Assembly (NCBI GenBank): GCA_963737655.1
Contig: CAVTTN010000002.1
Span: forward strand, 1,728,001 to 1,792,000
From: an uncultured Planctomycetota bacterium
GTDB lineage: Bacteria > Planctomycetota > Planctomycetia > Isosphaerales > Isosphaeraceae
Length of the DNA: 64,000 nt
Reading direction: 5' to 3'
Shown here: piece by piece, positions 58,200 to 64,000 of the stretch
How positions within the stretch are numbered: position 1 is the stretch's first letter
Layout of the letters: each line of letters opens with the position of its first letter
The notes under the pieces: generated by a model
The model's database searches: none
The model's input: only the letters and a program-made list of their open reading frames with translations
What the model was told of the DNA's origin: nothing
Position numbers and translations under genes: made by a program

Positions 58200-59057
58200 T
58201 TATCGTCCGCCCGCGGTTCCGGGCCCGATGATCACGACCCGGGATTGCCAGCGGCGGCGGACTCCGTCTCGCACTTCCTCTCCTGAGGATTCCTGGACGA
58301 TCGGGCCGCCGGGGCCCTGGGGAAGGGGCGGCATGGCCCCCATCGGCCCCATCATTCCCTGGAAAAATCGCTCTTGCTCCCGGAGGCGGGCCTGGAAGGC
58401 CGGGTCCATCCCCATCGGGCCGGCGCTGGCTCGGATGGCTTGCTCCATCCTCCGGTGGTTTTCCATCATTCGGGCCTGGGCCTCGCGGAACATCTGTTCG
58501 TGGCGTTCCTGAGCCTGGCGGAGGAATTCCTGCTGCCTCTGCCTCATCTGGGCCATCTGGGCGGGATTCGGCCTCGCTCGGACGCCCCGAGACGGCGGAG
58601 GAACGGGGGTCCGGGCGAGGGCCTCGTCGGCCTCCTCCTTCAATTTCTCGGCCTCGGCGAGGTCGGCCTTCTTCTTCTCGGCCTCCCGGCGGATGTCGTC
58701 CCAGGTCCCGGGATCGTCCTCGGCGGCGGGGGCAGGCGGATCGGCGGCCTTGGGGTCGCTTGGCTTCGCCTCCGGAGTCGGCGTCGGGGCGATCGTCGGG
58801 GCCTCGTCCGAGGGCCTGGGATCGGTCGGTCCGTCGGCGCGGGCGAACAGGGATTCGATCCGTCCCCGGGCCTCCTGGCCGAGCCCCCGCCAGTCGGATG
58901 ACGCGGCGCGGATCGCCATCACGACCAGGGCCAGAGCCAGGACCGCCGAGGCGAGCAGAATCCCCCGACGGACCCGGACCGGACGGCTCGCGACGAACAG
59001 GATCGGCTCCGGGGCCGTCTCCTCGGATTGGACCTCATTCACGGTCGTCCCCTCCAC
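58200..59057 (-). CDS. Hypothetical membrane-anchored coiled-coil protein
   Basis: One TM helix and a Gln/Met-rich helical region. Confidence 0.65.
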   Translation of the reverse strand: MEGTTVNEVQSEETAPEPILFVASRPVRVRRGILLASAVLALALVVMAIRAASSDWRGLGQEARGRIESLFARADGPTDPRPSDEAPTIAPTPTPEAKPSDPKAADPPAPAAEDDPGTWDDIRREAEKKKADLAEAEKLKEEADEALARTPVPPPSRGVRARPNPAQMAQMRQRQQEFLRQAQERHEQMFREAQARMMENHRRMEQAIRASAGPMGMDPAFQARLREQERFFQGMMGPMGAMPPLPQGPGGPIVQESSGEEVRDGVRRRWQSRVVIIGPGTAGGR

Positions 59058-59258
59058 CAGATCCCCGGGCCGGCGCTCGTCCTTTTCGGATCGACGTCGG
59101 GGCCTTCCTATTTATTCGACCCGGTCGGCCGTCCTTCGGCAACCCATCTCTCCGCCTGGCTCGACCCGGAGGCGACAAAGCCGGAAGGTCGGGGTAAGAT
59201 TTTCGTCTCGGATGGACTGCCTCGCCTCGCCTTGCCGGTCGCCCCGGAGCCCCTCGCC

Positions 59259-60371
59259 GTGAATGACGCCTGGATCGCCGATCGGATGCGGCACATCGAC
59301 GCCTCGGGCATCCGCAAGGCGTTCGACATGGCCCGGTCCATGATCGACCCGATCAACCTCTCCATCGGCCTGCCCGATTTCGACGTGCCCGAAGAGGCCA
59401 AGGAGGCCGCCATCGCCGCCATCCGGGGCGGCTTCAACGCCTATACGCAAACCCAGGGCACGCCCGAGCTCCGCGGGAAGCTCCAGGCCGGGGTCGATGC
59501 CGAGTTCGGCCACGAGGACCGCCAGGTCCTGGTCACGTCGGGGTCGTCCGGGGCGTTGCTCCTGGCGATCTCCTGCGTGGTCGATCCGGGGGACGAGGTT
59601 ATCCTGTTCGACCCTTATTTCGTGATGTACCGCCACCTCGTCACGCTGGCCGGCGGCACCTCGGTGATCCTCGACACCTACCCCGACTTCCGGGTCGATC
59701 CGGCGAAGGTCGAGGCCGCGATCACGCCGAAGACGAAGGTCGTCCTCGTCAATTCCCCGGGCAACCCGACGGGCGTGGTCGCCTCGGGCGAGGAGATGAG
59801 GGCGCTGGCCGAACTCTGCCGGCGCCGAAACGTCCTGCTGATCAGCGACGAGGTCTATCGAACATTCTGTTACGACGAGCCGTTCACGTCCCCGGCCAGC
59901 TTCAACCCCGACGTCCTGGTGGCCGACGGCTTCAGCAAGTCCCACGCGATGACCGGCTGGAGGCTCGGCTACGCCCACGGCCCCTCGAAGCTGATCCAGG
60001 AGATGGCCAAGCTCCAGCAATTCAGCTTCGTCTGCGCCCCGAGCATCGCCCAGAAGGCCGGTGTCGCTGCCCTCGATGCCGACATGACCGCCCACGCGAG
60101 GAATTACCAGCGGAAGAGGGACGCGGTCGTGAGCGCACTTTCGGGCCTTTATGAGCTGGTCGTCCCCAGGGGGGCATTTTACGCCTTCCCCAAGGCCCCG
60201 TGGGGCACGGCGACCGAGTTCGTGGCCGAGGCGATCCGGAGGAACCTGCTCCTGATTCCCGGCAGCGTCTTCAGCCGCCGCGACACCCACTTCCGTATCT
60301 CTTACGCAGTCGATGACCGGACTCTGGAGAGGGGGCTGGGGGTCCTCCGCGAGATGGCCGGTCGCTCGTGA
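59259..60371 (+). CDS. PLP-dependent aminotransferase class I/II
   Basis: NLSIGLPDF, NSPGNPTG, ISDEVY, FSKSHAMTGWRLGY. Confidence 0.92.
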   Translation: MNDAWIADRMRHIDASGIRKAFDMARSMIDPINLSIGLPDFDVPEEAKEAAIAAIRGGFNAYTQTQGTPELRGKLQAGVDAEFGHEDRQVLVTSGSSGALLLAISCVVDPGDEVILFDPYFVMYRHLVTLAGGTSVILDTYPDFRVDPAKVEAAITPKTKVVLVNSPGNPTGVVASGEEMRALAELCRRRNVLLISDEVYRTFCYDEPFTSPASFNPDVLVADGFSKSHAMTGWRLGYAHGPSKLIQEMAKLQQFSFVCAPSIAQKAGVAALDADMTAHARNYQRKRDAVVSALSGLYELVVPRGAFYAFPKAPWGTATEFVAEAIRRNLLLIPGSVFSRRDTHFRISYAVDDRTLERGLGVLREMAGRS

Positions 60372-60377
60372 CCGCGA

Positions 60378-61074
60378 TCAGGCATGCCGCCCCATCCCGG
60401 CGAGCCGGGCGATGAACTCGGCGTGCTCGGGCGAGGCCAGGCCGCGATCGAGGGCGGCGTAGACTTCCTCCAGATCGCCGCGAATCATGGCCCCGGCGTC
60501 GAGCCAGAGACCGGGGAAGACCCTGGACCGGAAGAGGCCGTCCGGGTCCGGCGGGTGAGCGACGAATCGGCCATCGCCGCGCAAGAACCAGAGGATCTCC
60601 GCGGGATCGATCCCCACGAAAAGATACTCGGGGACGCCGGCCCGCTCGTAGTCGTGCTTTTTCCCCACCAGATCGAGTCGGCGGCTGGTCTTACCGACCT
60701 CAACGACCAGCTCCGGAGGGCCCATGATGAAACCATCGACGAACCGAGTGAGCCCGCCGAGCTCGGCGGGGATCAGGAGCAGGCCGTCCGGTTGGGGCTC
60801 TCCGTAATCCCCGAGCTGAATCGTCGCGTTCAGGGCGCGCAGGACGCCGGGGGTAAACCTTTTGTAGTGGCCAAGCCAGTCGGAGACGTCCCCGTCGCGA
60901 AGCCCATGTTCGTAACCCAGAGGCGACGGCATGACGACGACCCCTCCGACGAGCCTCGGCCCGGGTCCCCGAGGGCATCGCCTGATAGCGATCGTGAAAG
61001 GTCCGGCGGTCGAGCCTCTGGCCATCGACCAGGGGCGGAGGCGCCGTGGTTCGGGGGCGATCGACGGTGCTCAT
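60378..61074 (-). CDS. Uma2-family protein (extra base near 60956)
   Basis: Paralogue of the upstream gene; EPQPDG, PELVVEV, SRVFPGLWLD. Confidence 0.8.
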
Positions 61075-61763
61075 GGCCGGAGCCTCCCCAGCCGGGCGAC
61101 GAACTCGGCGTGCTCGGGCGAGGCCAGGCCGCGGTCCAGGGTGAAGAAGAGTCCGTTCAGGTCGCGTGAGAGCAGGGAGGCCGGGTCGAGCCAAAGCCCG
61201 GGGAAGGATTCCGATCGATACAGGCCGTCCGCTCCGGGAGGCACGCGGACGAGCCGGCCTTCCCGCCGGACGTGCCAGAACAAGTCGTTGGGATCGCCCA
61301 CCGCCACCACGTATTCCAGGACGCCCGTGAGCTCGTACTCGCGGAGCTTTCTTCCGAGGTCTTTCGACCGGGTGGAGACGGCGACCTCCAGGACCAACTC
61401 GGGTGCGCCACCGAGGAACTTCCCCTCGACCCGGGCCTGGCCGCCGCACTCGGGCTTGATCCTCAGGAGGGCGTCGGGCTGGACCTCGTTCTTCGGGTCC
61501 AGGATCGTCGTGAGGTTCGCGTTCGTCTCGACCCCGGGCGTGAACCGCTCGTAATGCAGCAGCCAGCCGACGGCCGCGTCGTTCTTCCGAGCGTGTTCCA
61601 GGCTGACCGGCGATGGCATGAGGAAGACGATCCCTCCGACGAGCTCGGCCCGAGTCCCCGGCGGCATCGCCTCATACCGCTCGTGGAACGTGGGCTGGTC
61701 CAGCCTCTGGCCATCGACCAGGGGCGGGAGGGCCGTCGTCCGGGGGCGATCGACGGTGCTCAT
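61071..61763 (-). CDS. Uma2-family protein
   Basis: RAELVGGIV, VQPDA, APELVLEVA, FPGLWLD. Confidence 0.9.
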   Translation of the reverse strand: MSTVDRPRTTALPPLVDGQRLDQPTFHERYEAMPPGTRAELVGGIVFLMPSPVSLEHARKNDAAVGWLLHYERFTPGVETNANLTTILDPKNEVQPDALLRIKPECGGQARVEGKFLGGAPELVLEVAVSTRSKDLGRKLREYELTGVLEYVVAVGDPNDLFWHVRREGRLVRVPPGADGLYRSESFPGLWLDPASLLSRDLNGLFFTLDRGLASPEHAEFVARLGRLRP

Positions 61764-61791
61764 CGGGGGCGTCTCCTTCCCCGGAGAGGGT

Positions 61792-63150
<1,359 letters not shown>

Positions 63151-63716
63151 GCCAGGTCCTTTCGTCGCTCGGAACCGAGAGCCGCCCGGCCATCGCCGCG
63201 CGGCCGGAGGCCGGATTCGCCGAAGATCGGCGAAGGTCGCGATCGGGAGACGGTCGGGAGGGGATCGACGCGGCCCGCCGCGTCGGCAGGGGAAGGGACC
63301 ATCCGAACGGCCGAGGCCGACCAGGCGCCCGCCGGGTCCATCCGGGAGGAGATCGCCACCGCCGTCGATCCACCCGCCGACCCATCGCCCGGGGCTATGG
63401 CGTCGACCGCCCATCAACCGACCCATTTTAGAGCACGATCCCGGCCAGTGCAAGGTCGGCGGACGCTTTGCGACGGGCCCTCGCCCCGACCCTGGGGCGA
63501 TCCGGGCCCGATCGTCACGACCGGCGAAGGCCCGGATGCGGGCCCGCCGGCCGGACCCTCCCGATCCGCGAAGGCGGGCCGATCCCAGGAACTTTGGCGG
63601 CCACGGTTTGGCACCGCCGATCCCGGGCGGGTATAATGAGATCGACGCGCGCCCCGATCGCCCGTTCCCCGTCCTTCCCCAACTCTGGTCTCGTCTCGAT
63701 CGCGGGAGATGCCCCG

Positions 63717-64000
63717 ATGTCGATCCTCGGCAAGGTCCTGGTCGTCCTCGTGACGTTGTTGCTACTGGTCTGGATCTATTTCGCGGCGATGGTCGCCGAG
63801 CGGAATGCCAATTGGGGCAAGAAGATCCAGGAATTGGAAAAGAGCGTTTCGGACGTCCAGGCCCAGATCCCGGACGTCATCGCCGACATCAACCGACTGC
63901 GAAGTGAGGCGATCGTCGAGCAGGTCCGGGCGGAGAAGCTCCGCGAGACCTTCCGCGCCGAACTCGCCGCGGTCCAGAGGCTGGAGAGCCAGTCGAAGGA
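63717..64000 (+). CDS. Hypothetical membrane-anchored coiled-coil protein (3' truncated)
   Basis: [26 protein letters not shown], then coiled coil; TATAAT upstream near 63632. Confidence 0.65.
   Translation, partial: MSILGKVLVVLVTLLLLVWIYFAAMVAERNANWGKKIQELEKSVSDVQAQIPDVIADINRLRSEAIVEQVRAEKLRETFRAELAAVQRLESQSK

Noticed and set aside
63151..63716. Long spacer upstream of clpX as a hidden clpP or RNA gene
   Set aside because: No ClpP motifs and no convincing RNA structure; consistent with a divergent promoter region.

Overview
High-GC planctomycete chromosomal window. The gene families (PEP-CTERM, DUF1559, Uma2 paralogues, an ECF sigma/Ser-Thr kinase pair) suggest Isosphaeraceae, but this is an inference. 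The window opens with a stripped-down flagellar-type export cluster: fliF end, two abnormal fliG-like genes, then fliO-P-Q-R-flhB. FlhB lacks the NPTH autocleavage motif, FliG lacks its middle domain, and no fliH/I/J/M/N sits between fliG and fliO. This is the best candidate for a repurposed non-motility secretion system. The rest is mixed housekeeping and accessory DNA: two intact toxin-antitoxin pairs plus a ParD remnant, a ComEC-alpha/beta-hydrolase fusion, a kinase plus divergent enolase pair, BlaI/BlaR1-DUF1559 with a clear promoter and operator, two ECF modules, glycosyltransferases, uxaA, glpK, a P1B ATPase and clpX. It also holds two low-complexity repeat proteins and several families of palindromic intergenic repeats (GTAG-type REP doublets and others). 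About ten genes carry single-base frameshifts without other decay, most likely sequencing or assembly errors. All calls come from reading motifs by eye; no searches were run.
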